In this document: piece by piece, positions 18,442 to 28,915 of the stretch
Numbering within the stretch: position 1 is the stretch's first letter
Layout of the letters: each line of letters starts with the position of its first letter
Virus record (IMG/VR): IMGVR_UViG_3300008255_000181
Location: 1-47,234 of that record
Source: a virus
Taxonomy: Duplodnaviria; Caudoviricetes
Reading direction: 5' to 3' (one strand)
DNA length: 47,234 bases
The notes under the pieces: model-generated
The model's database searches: none
Told to the model about the DNA's origin: nothing
What the model saw: the letters and a program-made list of their open reading frames with translations, nothing else
Program-made: the position numbers and the translations under genes

Positions 18442-20987
18442 ATAATACCTCTGCTTGTGAATACTACACCTATACCTAACAGCTTAAGATCTTTACCTTC
18501 TTCAGATTCAATACGTAAACCTAAGGATGTACCTCGACCTCTTACTCTGTGTCTTGTAGATATAACATCTCTGTTGTAATTGAAAGAATCTTGATTAGCT
18601 AATGGTGTATAGTTCTTTGTGAGCCTGTAAGCTTGAGTACTTGTGACATTCCCAGATGTACCCCAATCCCAAAAGTATTTAAGTAAGCAACTAGAAGGGT
18701 TTTTATACACGAGTTCATCGGTATCAAGGACATCTGGGTTATCGTCAAACCCTGTTTCTGTCTTTAAGAAGTGTGTTACTAACACAGGGGCTCTCTTAGC
18801 TTCTGCTATAACATCACCTAACGAGTCAAAACCTGTCTCAAGAAAGCTTGTGTAGTTATTTCCCCAATCTTTAAACTCAATGAAGTCTGAAAAATCTGAG
18901 AACCTGTAGAACCACTCTCCTTCTTCTCTTACCAAAGTCAACAGCTTTATCGAAGACCTGTCTGGAACGACTATCTCTGTACTTACAGTAACTGCTGTAC
19001 CATCTGCTGTAACAGTAGCCCCGTTAGCAGTAACAAAATCTATAACAGACACTGTAGATAAGATGTCTGCGTTTATAGCCGACACTGGCAATATGTCTGG
19101 AGTTATAGAGATATCGTATACACCAAAGGCTGCTAGGTTCATATCAAAATACAAGATCTTGTTATAGACTTTACCTACTAAGTCCTCATACTGAGCTTCT
19201 TCTACATCTCTAAAGAACCACAGTATCCTGTTAACACCTTCATCATATATACTAAAGGCTGTTGTCTTAGCCAGCCTTGAAGTGTTAAGGTACAAGCTTT
19301 TTATCTTACTCGATGTGATATCAGTTGCTCTCATTAGACCTGTTTGATCTGTTGTTATAGCGCTGATACCTGACACACTCCAGTAAAAGATAGAGTCCTT
19401 AGCAAATGCTATTGAGTTCTTACTTGTTGCGCCTTGGTCAGTAACCTTACGTATAGAGTAAGAAGTAGCTGTAAAACTCGAAGCCTCACCATCGCCAGAG
19501 ATAACCCACACACCGTTGTCAGCAACTACTGCTAAGCTTGGGCCGACTGGATATATACGGTAGATCTTACCAACTTCCTCTATGTTAAACATCCCACCAT
19601 CTGTAGCTACAAGCTGATTTACGTCTTCCGCTGTAGGGTCTGCGTCTTGATAACATCTGCCTGCTCTACTTATATCGTCATCAATCACCTGAGAGAAGTA
19701 GATGTTGTTGGAGTACTCTCCGTCACTTACACCTGCGTACCACACACGTCCTGCATAGAAAGCGATAGTCTCAGGACGAACATCAGATTTCTTCAGCTCA
19801 TCATAAGTCATTACTTCTTGAAAGCTTGCGTAGTCATCTAGATGAACTGTTGAAGAAGTTGTAAAGAATCCAAAGATTGCTTTACCTATCTCTCCAAAGT
19901 TGGCACCAAAAGTTCCTAAAGCTTTTCGTTCTAAATAGAAAGCTTCTTTGATAAGCCTTCCTCTTGCAGCTGGTGTTGAGCCTGTGTAGAAGTCGTTCAT
20001 TAAAGCAGCTTGGAACGCTGTCTGCTTAGTGGCTGTATCCCCTCCACCATTCTGGTAAGCGTGGAATGTTTCGTTAACAGTTGGGTATCTCCACTGAGTG
20101 ATGAATGTCTCTCTTAATGCAGAGCCTTGCCCTGAAGTTGTAGAAAAGCTGCTGCCATTCATAACCTCAGTCTTAGCTTCGGACAATCTCCCTTCCTCAG
20201 GAAGAATTGTTAAACTCTCTACAGGCACATTCTGAGAGGGGGAATTAGGCCCATCTTCATAGGGCCAACCTTGATTAGCTAAGTTATAAGCATGCTGCCC
20301 TGTTACAAGTATCTGTTTCTTACGCCCTGCAACATTGAATGTTATAGGTTGTCTGGCCCCAGTGCTGAGAACTTCTACTTCACCAGTTATGTCAGGTTCC
20401 CCGTCCCCCACTACTTCAAAGTCACGGATCTGTATGTTTATTAACTTAGCCCTTACAGAGCCAACCTCAGACACAGTAGGGTTTGTACTAGGAGAGAACG
20501 TCATAGCATGAGGGTCTATATAAGCCCCTGCTATATACAGCTTACCACCGCCAGATGTAGCTTGTATGGCAGCTTTCTTCCTCAATTCAGGTGTTGTAGT
20601 CGAAGCTGAGGGCTTAAGAGTAGGCTGCAATGTGTAATCAGCAGCTGCTTGCCTATTAGTTATTTGGTTATCTTCTAAGAAATAGAATGACAACTTATCC
20701 CCAATCTGCACAACTGCTATGTTAAGAGAGGGGTCTCCATTAACAGCCTTCCAACGGAAAGCATTAGTTGCTACATCAGCAACAGGAAGCCCCAAGTCTG
20801 TAGGAAATGCTACAGGATCTCCGTTATCAAACCTTAGTCCGGGTCTACGTTGAACACTACCGTTCTCATTGATATCAAAGTTGCTCATAGCTGACATAGC
20901 GTTGTCAGGGTAAGATAGTTTGTTAGCTTCTGTTACAAGGCCGCCAGTAAAATCAGCATATACTTTGCTTGCTACTTGGGTTGCCAT
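18438..20987 (-). CDS. Tail tubular protein B / nozzle
   Basis: 849 aa beta-rich, FTGGLVTE N-terminus, FYAGRVWYAG; synteny. Confidence 0.8.
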   Translation of the reverse strand: MATQVASKVYADFTGGLVTEANKLSYPDNAMSAMSNFDINENGSVQRRPGLRFDNGDPVAFPTDLGLPVADVATNAFRWKAVNGDPSLNIAVVQIGDKLSFYFLEDNQITNRQAAADYTLQPTLKPSASTTTPELRKKAAIQATSGGGKLYIAGAYIDPHAMTFSPSTNPTVSEVGSVRAKLINIQIRDFEVVGDGEPDITGEVEVLSTGARQPITFNVAGRKKQILVTGQHAYNLANQGWPYEDGPNSPSQNVPVESLTILPEEGRLSEAKTEVMNGSSFSTTSGQGSALRETFITQWRYPTVNETFHAYQNGGGDTATKQTAFQAALMNDFYTGSTPAARGRLIKEAFYLERKALGTFGANFGEIGKAIFGFFTTSSTVHLDDYASFQEVMTYDELKKSDVRPETIAFYAGRVWYAGVSDGEYSNNIYFSQVIDDDISRAGRCYQDADPTAEDVNQLVATDGGMFNIEEVGKIYRIYPVGPSLAVVADNGVWVISGDGEASSFTATSYSIRKVTDQGATSKNSIAFAKDSIFYWSVSGISAITTDQTGLMRATDITSSKIKSLYLNTSRLAKTTAFSIYDEGVNRILWFFRDVEEAQYEDLVGKVYNKILYFDMNLAAFGVYDISITPDILPVSAINADILSTVSVIDFVTANGATVTADGTAVTVSTEIVVPDRSSIKLLTLVREEGEWFYRFSDFSDFIEFKDWGNNYTSFLETGFDSLGDVIAEAKRAPVLVTHFLKTETGFDDNPDVLDTDELVYKNPSSCLLKYFWDWGTSGNVTSTQAYRLTKNYTPLANQDSFNYNRDVISTRHRVRGRGTSLGLRIESEEGKDLKLLGIGVVFTSRGII

Positions 20988-21750
20988 ATTGACTAACTCC
21001 TCCCGTTACCGTGTCTTCCAAATTTATTAGATAGACTCTCTTGCTGTGTCCTGAAAGATTCTCTACGCAATCTGCTAATACCTCGATTACGTCTACGTTC
21101 TTCTTCAATAGCTTCTGCCCATTCAGGTGAACACTCATTGTTGCAGCTAGTTCAGCCAAGAATAATGGGAATGTTAAAGCGTCTAATGGAATAACAAACT
21201 CATCCTCTATACTGAAGTTAGGCAGTGTACTCGCCAGAGCTACAGTCTTATTTCCTTGCACTGTTGTTTCTTGTGTTACATCCCAAGAGTCTAAGATAAC
21301 ATACTCGTTATCAAAAGATGTGTAGTACTCTGGGGCTTTATCATTAATAATGTATAGAGGTGTGTTATTGTATTGAACAGTGATTACATTTGTATCAGAG
21401 CTGTCTCTGTTGTATACACGCTTCAAGAACTCGTCTGGAGATACTTTTTCCAAGTGCTCTATGCTATCACGTGTATCAGTTAACTTAGTTATATCGTAAG
21501 CCAACCATTTCATTTCTATTAAATTGTCTGGTAGTCGTAAAGCTGTTGGATTAGATACGTCAGATACAGAATCAATCTCTATCAAGTCATACCTTTCAGG
21601 CCAATCGTTACGACTGATCAAATCGTAGTAAGTGTTTTCAGCTTCTCTTGCGATAAGAATAGCATCTTGTGAATCATTGATAGAGTTCACTGAATCAAGA
21701 TCTAGCTTTTCCAACACACGCTGAACTGCATACCCTAGAGTTCTGTTCAT
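20953..21750 (-). CDS. Tail tubular protein A / adaptor; apparent frameshift near 21119 (corrected stop at 20993)
   Basis: VNSIND...A...ENTYYD, P.YYTSFD; alternative frame gives a more plausible basic C-terminus. Confidence 0.75.
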   Translation of the reverse strand: MNRTLGYAVQRVLEKLDLDSVNSINDSQDAILIAREAENTYYDLISRNDWPERYDLIEIDSVSDVSNPTALRLPDNLIEMKWLAYDITKLTDTRDSIEHLEKVSPDEFLKRVYNRDSSDTNVITVQYNNTPLYIINDKAPEYYTSFDNEYVILDSWDVTQETTVQGNKTVALASTLPNFSIEDEFVIPLDALTFPLFLAELAATMSVHLNGQKLLKKNVDVIEVLADCVENLSGHSKRVYLINLEDTVTGGVSQYGNPSSKQSIC

Positions 21751-21758
21751 ATCATATC

Positions 21759-22397
21759 CTAGTTATTCTTTAGTACTCTGATGTACCAACCTGTAACGGT
21801 TACGGTAGCCCCTGTTGTATCAGCTCTTGCAAGGAGTCTTGCTGGGTTATTGAGCGTCGCAGTGCTGCCTATGTACATACTTAAGTAACCGCCTAGTTGG
21901 TAAGTGCCTGCTGTCTTGTAGTTAACTGGAGACTTCACAGTAAGCTGGTAAGGGGAAGCTCCGACTTGAGCCTCAAGATTTATATCAATGCCTGTGTTAG
22001 CTGTAGTTGTTGTAACAGCTATATCAGCTCTGATATCTATTGTGTCACCTACTTCGATAATTCCGCCAGCATTAAACAAGAACTGATCAGTTGTTGTGTC
22101 CCATATATCACCGACACCTGCTAAAGCAAAGGAGTCTGTTGTGTTCGTACCTAACCCATCGTTGGTTAATTGGTACTGTGTACCTGCTACTGTGAGGGCA
22201 ATAGGTGATCCTGTAGTGGCCGTATCTTCGTAGTCCCACCAACCTTGAGTTACGGTGCCGGGGACATTAGCGCCTGTCATGGCTGTCCATACACCTGAGT
22301 TAGAACCATCAGCTACGTACACCATACCTGATGTAGCTGAAACAATTCCCTTAGGTTCATGCAGCTGTGAATCGGGTAATACTCTATGTTCTGTCAT
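21759..22397 (-). CDS. Virion structural protein (fibre-like)
   Basis: HEPKG...GMVYVADGSNSGVW N-terminus, beta-rich C-terminus. Confidence 0.65.
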   Translation of the reverse strand: MTEHRVLPDSQLHEPKGIVSATSGMVYVADGSNSGVWTAMTGANVPGTVTQGWWDYEDTATTGSPIALTVAGTQYQLTNDGLGTNTTDSFALAGVGDIWDTTTDQFLFNAGGIIEVGDTIDIRADIAVTTTTANTGIDINLEAQVGASPYQLTVKSPVNYKTAGTYQLGGYLSMYIGSTATLNNPARLLARADTTGATVTVTGWYIRVLKNN

Positions 22398-22423
22398 TAC
22401 GACCTCTTGAAATATTAGATAAT

Positions 22424-22460
22424 AAAAAAGGGGGAAGGGAAATCTCCCAACCCCCTTCTT
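22424..22460 (-). terminator. Rho-independent terminator after the capsid genes
   Basis: Minus strand GGGGG..GGGA-GATT-TCCC..CCCCC-T6. Confidence 0.8.
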
Positions 22461-22482
22461 GTTTAACTATATCTAAACAATA

Positions 22483-22938
22483 TTAGATAGAGTAAGTTAC
22501 AACCAGCGTACCCTTACCAGCGGTAGGAGTAGTGATGGTAGCTTCTACAGTGATATATAAATCTTCTGTAGTTACGGCACCGATCTGAGCACCAGCGCCA
22601 GTGTTAACTGTGCCTGTAGCCAGAGTGCTAGTAGTATGTAGACCGTCTTTATCTTCAACTACACCGTCTGCACCCATTGTACCAATCTCAACTGCATGAG
22701 AGAAAGTTACTTCTGGAGTGTAAACAGATGAGATGATAGCCGCACCCGAAGGGATAGCAGCGTTATCACCCTGAACCGCTGCACCAGTGGCAGGAAGGTT
22801 AGAGTAGTCTACATCAATACGCAGTTCTTTCAAAGTCCCTAAGGTATGAACCGAACCAGCGTTGCTTTGAACACCATCTGAAGTACCGAAAGGTACTTTC
22901 AAACCGTCCTCATTTAACCAAGTGTTTGCGCGAGCCAT
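22483..22938 (-). CDS. Minor capsid / decoration protein
   Basis: Immediately after major capsid, W.NEDGL...FG, beta-rich. Confidence 0.65.
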   Translation of the reverse strand: MARANTWLNEDGLKVPFGTSDGVQSNAGSVHTLGTLKELRIDVDYSNLPATGAAVQGDNAAIPSGAAIISSVYTPEVTFSHAVEIGTMGADGVVEDKDGLHTTSTLATGTVNTGAGAQIGAVTTEDLYITVEATITTPTAGKGTLVVTYSI

Positions 22939-22951
22939 TATTTATCTCCTA

Positions 22952-23959
22952 TTACGCGATAGCTGTTGGGCTAGTTAATACAGTTACCAGATTTTCTGGA
23001 CGGTATAAAGCTAAACCAAAAGATTGTGTTAACTGATGATACTCAGTCTCAACATCTTCATCTCTCCAGCTAGTGAAGCGAGGAGCACGACCCATTGCAC
23101 CGATGAAAGGACTTGCATCACCACCAAATGACATGAAGATATTAGACTTGAAGCCAGTAATATCAGCAGCAGTTGGAGCAGTACCTTTATAGTCGGTAAG
23201 AGTAGCTTCGTCAGCGTCGATATCAGCTAAGAAATCTGATACATACACATCGAAACCGTAGATGTTACGAGAGAAACGTAAACCAGTTCCATCCATCATG
23301 CCAGTCTCAACAAGACCTTCCCAACGGGGGTTGTTAGAGATGTCAACGATGTTAGATTTAACGTTCAAGTTGTGCTCTGTCAAAGGATCAACAATAGCAA
23401 TCAAGTTAGTCATAGGCGCAGCTGCTTTACGCAGTGAAGTCTTGGCGTATGAGAAGTCTTGAAGAGTTAAAGAATCCTGTGGAGCTGAAGTGCCGTCACC
23501 GCCACCGATGATACGGTGCTTGTAACCGTTAATTTCATTTGCACTGTCAAGAGTCTGATCATTAGCTAATTCTAAGATCTTAGTCTCCATGTACACATCC
23601 ATAGCACGCTTCATCTTAGCAGGGGTAGCTGCTAGAACTTGGTTAGCTTGGAAAGATGTTTCGAAGAAGTGATCAGAGAACGCGACTTTCAAACCTTTGA
23701 ACTCGTCGATCTTGAACTTGAACTGACCTGTATCCATACGACGCTCTGGAAGAGACTTATGCTCAAACCAGTTATCAACTTCTAACTCACCAATAGAGTT
23801 GATAAGCAATTCAGTACGCATGCTGTCAGCTGGAATATCACCGATAAAGTTTACCCACTGCTGCGCCATAGTTGGCTCAAGCTGTAGATCTTTAAACATA
23901 TTACGGAAGATTTCACTTCGCTGTAAGTGGGAAGAACCCCATGAACTATCAATACTCAT
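22952..23959 (-). CDS. Major capsid protein
   Basis: 335 aa after scaffold; RNIYGFDVYVS, FGLALYRPENL; biased codon usage. Confidence 0.88.
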   Translation of the reverse strand: MSIDSSWGSSHLQRSEIFRNMFKDLQLEPTMAQQWVNFIGDIPADSMRTELLINSIGELEVDNWFEHKSLPERRMDTGQFKFKIDEFKGLKVAFSDHFFETSFQANQVLAATPAKMKRAMDVYMETKILELANDQTLDSANEINGYKHRIIGGGDGTSAPQDSLTLQDFSYAKTSLRKAAAPMTNLIAIVDPLTEHNLNVKSNIVDISNNPRWEGLVETGMMDGTGLRFSRNIYGFDVYVSDFLADIDADEATLTDYKGTAPTAADITGFKSNIFMSFGGDASPFIGAMGRAPRFTSWRDEDVETEYHQLTQSFGLALYRPENLVTVLTSPTAIA

Positions 23960-23972
23960 TTAAAATTTCCTT

Positions 23973-24704
23973 TTATTTGGATAAACAAACTTCACGAAAC
24001 TTCTTCTGAACCGCTGGACTGAAATAAGTCTTAGGATCTTCTCGACGAAGCTTAGCATAGTAGGCAAGCTTATCATCTCTAGTTTCGTTTACGTCATTAT
24101 AGCCTGTGTTTGTGCCGTGTGTAGGTGTAAAACCTGCGGCAGCTTGTTGCGAAGGGTTAACTCCGGCCATACGGTATACAACTTTAGGAGACTTACGTGC
24201 AAGCTCAAGCATGTCATCAAAAGTGATGCCATTCTCTTCAGCTATTCGTGCAACAGTTTCGTCAACCTTATCTTTACCGTACAGTTTAGTGAGTTGGGCT
24301 GAGACTTCTTTGAAGTTTGACTCTGCTTTTTGTGCAGCTGTCTGCTCTGCCATCACTCCGGGGAGTACACCCCTCATTACGCTCTTTAGAGTATCTTCAT
24401 CAAGGGCTGTATCTTGATTACTTTTATTGCTGTCCTTAATTCGTTCAAGCGCCTCTTCAACTGTAGACATTTTGCTAAGCTTCTCGTCGATAGCGGCTAA
24501 CTTTTCTCGGAGAGTTTGGTTCTCGGACTCAATCGTAGAGATATGAGTATCCTTATCACCAATACGCTTTTGCATTACTTCCATCTGCTGTTGAAGTTTA
24601 CTTCCCAAATCAGATTCTGCCAATGTCGCACGGTCTGCTTGTTGTTCAGTTGTCTGAGCGGTTGTTCCTAAGTTCTCTTGGTCAGAGTTAAATGTGTTGG
24701 TCAT
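23973..24704 (-). CDS. Capsid scaffolding protein
   Basis: Coiled-coil, between portal and capsid, DPKTYFSP C-terminus. Confidence 0.75.
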   Translation of the reverse strand: MTNTFNSDQENLGTTAQTTEQQADRATLAESDLGSKLQQQMEVMQKRIGDKDTHISTIESENQTLREKLAAIDEKLSKMSTVEEALERIKDSNKSNQDTALDEDTLKSVMRGVLPGVMAEQTAAQKAESNFKEVSAQLTKLYGKDKVDETVARIAEENGITFDDMLELARKSPKVVYRMAGVNPSQQAAAGFTPTHGTNTGYNDVNETRDDKLAYYAKLRREDPKTYFSPAVQKKFREVCLSK

Positions 24705-24712
24705 TGTGATTC

Positions 24713-24988
24713 CTATTTATATTCCATAAAAAGATTTAAAACATCACGGATTGCTCTGCGGTAGCCACGATTGTCTGCTTGGTACTCGCTCCAGTTGAAG
24801 TTTAAATATGATGCAGGGCTCTCAGCTTCTTTAAGCTTTGTGTCCAGCATTTTTTCTAGCCTGTCGGCAACTGCACGTAGTAAAGTAGGTGCAGCTTTGA
24901 AGCTTTCCTCTACTCTGCTACGTTCATGAGGTGTTAATCCTCTAGTTAAGGAATCACTTAACCTCAAATTTCTATTAGATTTCGTCAT
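24713..24988 (-). CDS. Hypothetical protein between portal and scaffold
   Basis: W..YQAD..GY.RA...V motif; synteny. Confidence 0.7.
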   Translation of the reverse strand: MTKSNRNLRLSDSLTRGLTPHERSRVEESFKAAPTLLRAVADRLEKMLDTKLKEAESPASYLNFNWSEYQADNRGYRRAIRDVLNLFMEYK

Positions 24989-26759
24989 CTTCGGATAATC
25001 CTGTAGGGTCTATCATCTGTCTTTCAGCTAGGGAGTTCTGCGCTACAGACTCACGGCTTGCCGCTTCCAATCTCTCTGGTATACGCCCATACTCTTGGAA
25101 TAAATCCTCGAAGTCTAGAAGCTCTGCCCAAAGTTTAGCCAATTTAGTGGCTGGGAAGTGTTGCGCTACCTCTGGATCTGCCATACCTGTCTGATAGAAC
25201 GTTGCCAGCTGTTGTGTAACCCTTTGTTTTCTTGCGTACTCCCTTGCACCTACTGGAATAACCTTACCGTTAGACACTAAGTCTTCTCTAGTTATCCTAA
25301 CAAACTCTTCAACACCAAAGTCATCATCAATAACAGAAATGATATCTGATGTGTGAAGGTTTTCTACAGCTGATTCAAGTTCTCCATTAACAATATCTTC
25401 TAAGAACTTGGAGAAGATTGTAGTCTGATACTCAAAGCCTCTGTTAGCTGCGTTAGTTAGTGTGTTAACTTCAAACGCTGTCTTCTCACCGGGGCTTCTG
25501 ATACCTAATGCTTCTCTAGGGGCATTAGCGTAGACTTCCATAGCTTCTTCAAGCTCTCTAATCTGGAAGTCTGCATTAAGTATCGTAGTTTCAGGGGCTA
25601 AGTACTGCACATTGCCGTTCTCAGTTACGTAGTAATGAGTGGCTGCACCTTGTTTCTGTATCTCTACGTCGCCATATATAACAATATCTGGGTCTAGCAT
25701 GTTGTCTAAAGCATCAGCTTTAGCATTCTCTAGATGGTTAATACGATATTGTAAACCTACTAGGTTATCTAGTGGGCCATAACCCCACAGATTGTCAGGG
25801 CGTTGTTTCCATACAGCTTGGTAGATGTTAGGACGACCTGTAAAAGTATTCAGAGGTTGCTTACGTAGTACGTGAACACCATCTGCAACTGTGATTACAT
25901 AATTCTTTAATAGTTGTTTAGTCTGCGGATCATATATATCTCCATAGAACTCATACAACTTAGTGTGTCCTGATCTGTAGTAGTCGCTTGAGTCTCCGAA
26001 ACCATCTGGAACAAACGAAGCGTTCTTCTCTTGATCAGTCTCTCCAGTCTCCATACCTAGACGATCTTCTTCCATCATCTTAAGAACTCTAGGATCGTAG
26101 CCCAGAGAAGGATTTTCTTCCATCGCTATCTTAAGTTCCCCTATAGTTGTACGACTACGTACAATCTTAGGAGACTCCTCGAATGAAGATGCCTTAGCGT
26201 TCATCACAATGTCGTATGGAGAGATTCTGTAAGGACGTGGGCCTATGTACGCTGGGACTTTATCACCTGTCAGAGGGTTCGTGGAGTACTCTGTGACGTA
26301 CTCTATCCCTGCGAAGGCATTCCCGTATAAGATCCAATCGTTAATGAGATCTCTAATAACACTTCTGAAACCTGACAAGTTATGCTTAGTGTTCAGATAA
26401 GCTAATGCCGATTCCTTCTTTTGCTTAGTGCTCGACTCATCATCATAGCCATAGAACTCAAGCCAATCGCGATGCGGGAACAAAGAAAAGTCAGTATTAA
26501 CCAGAAGATTACTATAAATATTATAAAGCTTAGGACGATGCGTGGTATTAGACCACGGCAACTTTTGATTAGTTGTGTCTTTAGTCGATGTAGCAAAGAC
26601 ATAGTTCTTAACCTCCGTCCAACGAGACTCAGCTATGAACTTGGAACTCTTCCATTGCGTCCACAAGTTAAATATATTACCTGCTAAGTTACCGTCTGAT
26701 GACAGAGCGTTCCTTAGATCAGCTGTGTTAGCTCCAGTTGTTGCCATGATTATCTGCAT
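24975..26759 (-). CDS. Portal protein
   Basis: 594 aa after terminase; RPDNLWGYGPLDNLVGLQYRINHLEN, GIRSPGEKTAFEV. Confidence 0.9.
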   Translation of the reverse strand: MQIIMATTGANTADLRNALSSDGNLAGNIFNLWTQWKSSKFIAESRWTEVKNYVFATSTKDTTNQKLPWSNTTHRPKLYNIYSNLLVNTDFSLFPHRDWLEFYGYDDESSTKQKKESALAYLNTKHNLSGFRSVIRDLINDWILYGNAFAGIEYVTEYSTNPLTGDKVPAYIGPRPYRISPYDIVMNAKASSFEESPKIVRSRTTIGELKIAMEENPSLGYDPRVLKMMEEDRLGMETGETDQEKNASFVPDGFGDSSDYYRSGHTKLYEFYGDIYDPQTKQLLKNYVITVADGVHVLRKQPLNTFTGRPNIYQAVWKQRPDNLWGYGPLDNLVGLQYRINHLENAKADALDNMLDPDIVIYGDVEIQKQGAATHYYVTENGNVQYLAPETTILNADFQIRELEEAMEVYANAPREALGIRSPGEKTAFEVNTLTNAANRGFEYQTTIFSKFLEDIVNGELESAVENLHTSDIISVIDDDFGVEEFVRITREDLVSNGKVIPVGAREYARKQRVTQQLATFYQTGMADPEVAQHFPATKLAKLWAELLDFEDLFQEYGRIPERLEAASRESVAQNSLAERQMIDPTGLSEDDEI

Positions 26760-28390
26760 CTCCCGCCAAATCTAGCGTCTGTGATTACTTTATGTTCTGT
26801 ATCTAAGAACTGTCTTTGTTTCATTGGGGGCTTAGCATCTTCAAGAGCCATAGCCAGAGCATCTGCTAAGTCGTCATGAGGTGGGCGTTCGAGTATAAGT
26901 TCTTCCTCAAGGATAGAAGTCAGACCATCTCTTCTATGGAAGATTGACTTCAGTTCGTACTTGGGATTAACTACTGCGTACTGCCGCAATGCCTTTGACT
27001 TAGCACCAACACCTGTGTTAGACTTGTGGATAACAGACAGTATACCTCCAGCTTCTCTGGACATACGCTCTATCTCATTAGCTACAAGCTTACCACCTGC
27101 GTTAGTCTCTATCTTAATCTTTCTAAAGTGCCACTTGTTTGCAAGAGCTGATATAGAATCGAAGTACACTACAAAGCTGCTTGTCTTAAATCTGTCAAGA
27201 TCAAGTACATAGTAGTAACCGTCTTCATCAACACCTATAACAGCTATAGCTGTATAGTCAGCTCTCTTCCCTCCTGACTCAGAGGAGTCTGTCCATGCTA
27301 CGTCCATCGCCGCATATACATTAAGCCTCTTACCTTTGTAAGTAATCTGGCCTAAGGTATTACCTATGTGCTTAATGTCGTAGTATTGGAACAGTGAACG
27401 GTCTAGGATGTTTGTTGTTTCATCGTTAGGGTCATTGTAGTACTGTGCGTAGAACTGTGCCTGCTCCCCTTTAGAGAAGTAATCAGCTCTTATAATCTCA
27501 AGCTGTTGCACATCGAAGCCGTACCAATTACCATCAAGAGAAGACAAAGCTCTAGGCCACAGGAATACACCAGTGCCATCTCTCTCGTCTTCTACAACTT
27601 CCTCCATGATTTCCCATAGAGGTCTCTCTTCAACAAACTTCCTAGCTGTCTCATCCCACAGCCCGTACTTGGCCTCCATCATATCGCTGTATGCGTCTTG
27701 TGGATGATACCGAGTACCGACTGCTTTAATGTACCCACCTGCGTTAAGGATGGATGTACATTGGGATAATGACTTGCTAACTTCGAGCCTACCAACCTCA
27801 GTGTAAGCGTTGCGTGGAACAACTACGTCATCAAAGACTAAGCTGTCACAGTGTAGACCTACGAAGTTAGACTTAACCGTCTTGGCTATGATAGTGTGGT
27901 CACGGATACCCCGACGCTTACGCTCAGGATGATCTACGTTAAAGCTATAAGCTGACCACTGTTCTCTATCACCTTCCCTTGTGTTAATCATATCAGGCCA
28001 CAATCTCTTGTAAGCCTCTGATGTCATCATATTCTTAATAGCGTACAGCTGATCCTTTGCAAGATCTTCACCAGCTGATAAGTAAACTATTGTTGTCCAA
28101 GGTTTCTTGGTTATCTCCCATGCACACCATGTAGCTATGCAGTGGGACTTCAAGTGGCCACGAGGAAGTAAAAGTAATTGGCGTTTACTTGCGTCTGGGT
28201 TAGACAGCCATCTAAATACTTTCTCGTGTATATCGCCGTAGACATAGTTAGGATTTACTATCCTTGCAAATGTCCACAAGTCATCTTCACATAGAGCCTT
28301 GAGCTGAGCCTTAGTAAGTCTCTTCTTCTCAGGCTCTCTGTCAGTTCTAAGAGCGTTAATCTCTTCCTCGTTCAGTCTTTCGGAAGTCAT
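26750..28390 (-). CDS. terL: Terminase large subunit
   Basis: LLLPRGHLKS Walker A, LVFDDVV Walker B, GTRY, nuclease MDVA...DYTA...HDDLADAL. Confidence 0.93.
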   Translation of the reverse strand: MTSERLNEEEINALRTDREPEKKRLTKAQLKALCEDDLWTFARIVNPNYVYGDIHEKVFRWLSNPDASKRQLLLLPRGHLKSHCIATWCAWEITKKPWTTIVYLSAGEDLAKDQLYAIKNMMTSEAYKRLWPDMINTREGDREQWSAYSFNVDHPERKRRGIRDHTIIAKTVKSNFVGLHCDSLVFDDVVVPRNAYTEVGRLEVSKSLSQCTSILNAGGYIKAVGTRYHPQDAYSDMMEAKYGLWDETARKFVEERPLWEIMEEVVEDERDGTGVFLWPRALSSLDGNWYGFDVQQLEIIRADYFSKGEQAQFYAQYYNDPNDETTNILDRSLFQYYDIKHIGNTLGQITYKGKRLNVYAAMDVAWTDSSESGGKRADYTAIAVIGVDEDGYYYVLDLDRFKTSSFVVYFDSISALANKWHFRKIKIETNAGGKLVANEIERMSREAGGILSVIHKSNTGVGAKSKALRQYAVVNPKYELKSIFHRRDGLTSILEEELILERPPHDDLADALAMALEDAKPPMKQRQFLDTEHKVITDARFGGRCR

Positions 28391-28399
28391 CTTAAATCC

Positions 28400-28915
28400 T
28401 TAATCTCTTATGCTGACAACATTCAGCCTCATGGCAGCGTCACTTAAGAAGTCATTCTCTTCTACCGCTTTAGCTGCTTCCTTAGTAACTTCGTCTTTCT
28501 TAAACCTACCACGCTTAGTCTCCTTCTCAGGTCTTGACATATCCCACAGCTTACGGGCTGCACTAACATCCCCTTCACTAGCTGCAAGCATCAGAGTCTT
28601 CTTAGCATTAGACTCATCTCGCATACGTAGATCTTCTCTCCAAGCTTCGATGCCTCGGTGCTCTCTATAACCTTCAGAGAACCACTTGGTAGAGCATAGC
28701 TGTTGCCATGTTGGTAAGTTACCTAAGTGATTAGTTGCGAAGTCATACTCGTCTATAGACTCCATGAACAGCTTATACAGAGACTTATAAGTTTTACCAC
28801 CACGTTCTATATCTTGTTCACACAGACAGAACTTAGGCTTGTACTTAACTCTGTCAGCTACTCCAAGGAGTTCATAGAATAAATGTTTTGTGTTTATCAT
28901 AGATACCTTACACAA
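28400..28915 (-). CDS. Probable terminase small subunit
   Basis: Directly upstream of terL; helical, GDVSAARKLW. Confidence 0.5.
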   Translation of the reverse strand: MCKVSMINTKHLFYELLGVADRVKYKPKFCLCEQDIERGGKTYKSLYKLFMESIDEYDFATNHLGNLPTWQQLCSTKWFSEGYREHRGIEAWREDLRMRDESNAKKTLMLAASEGDVSAARKLWDMSRPEKETKRGRFKKDEVTKEAAKAVEENDFLSDAAMRLNVVSIRD

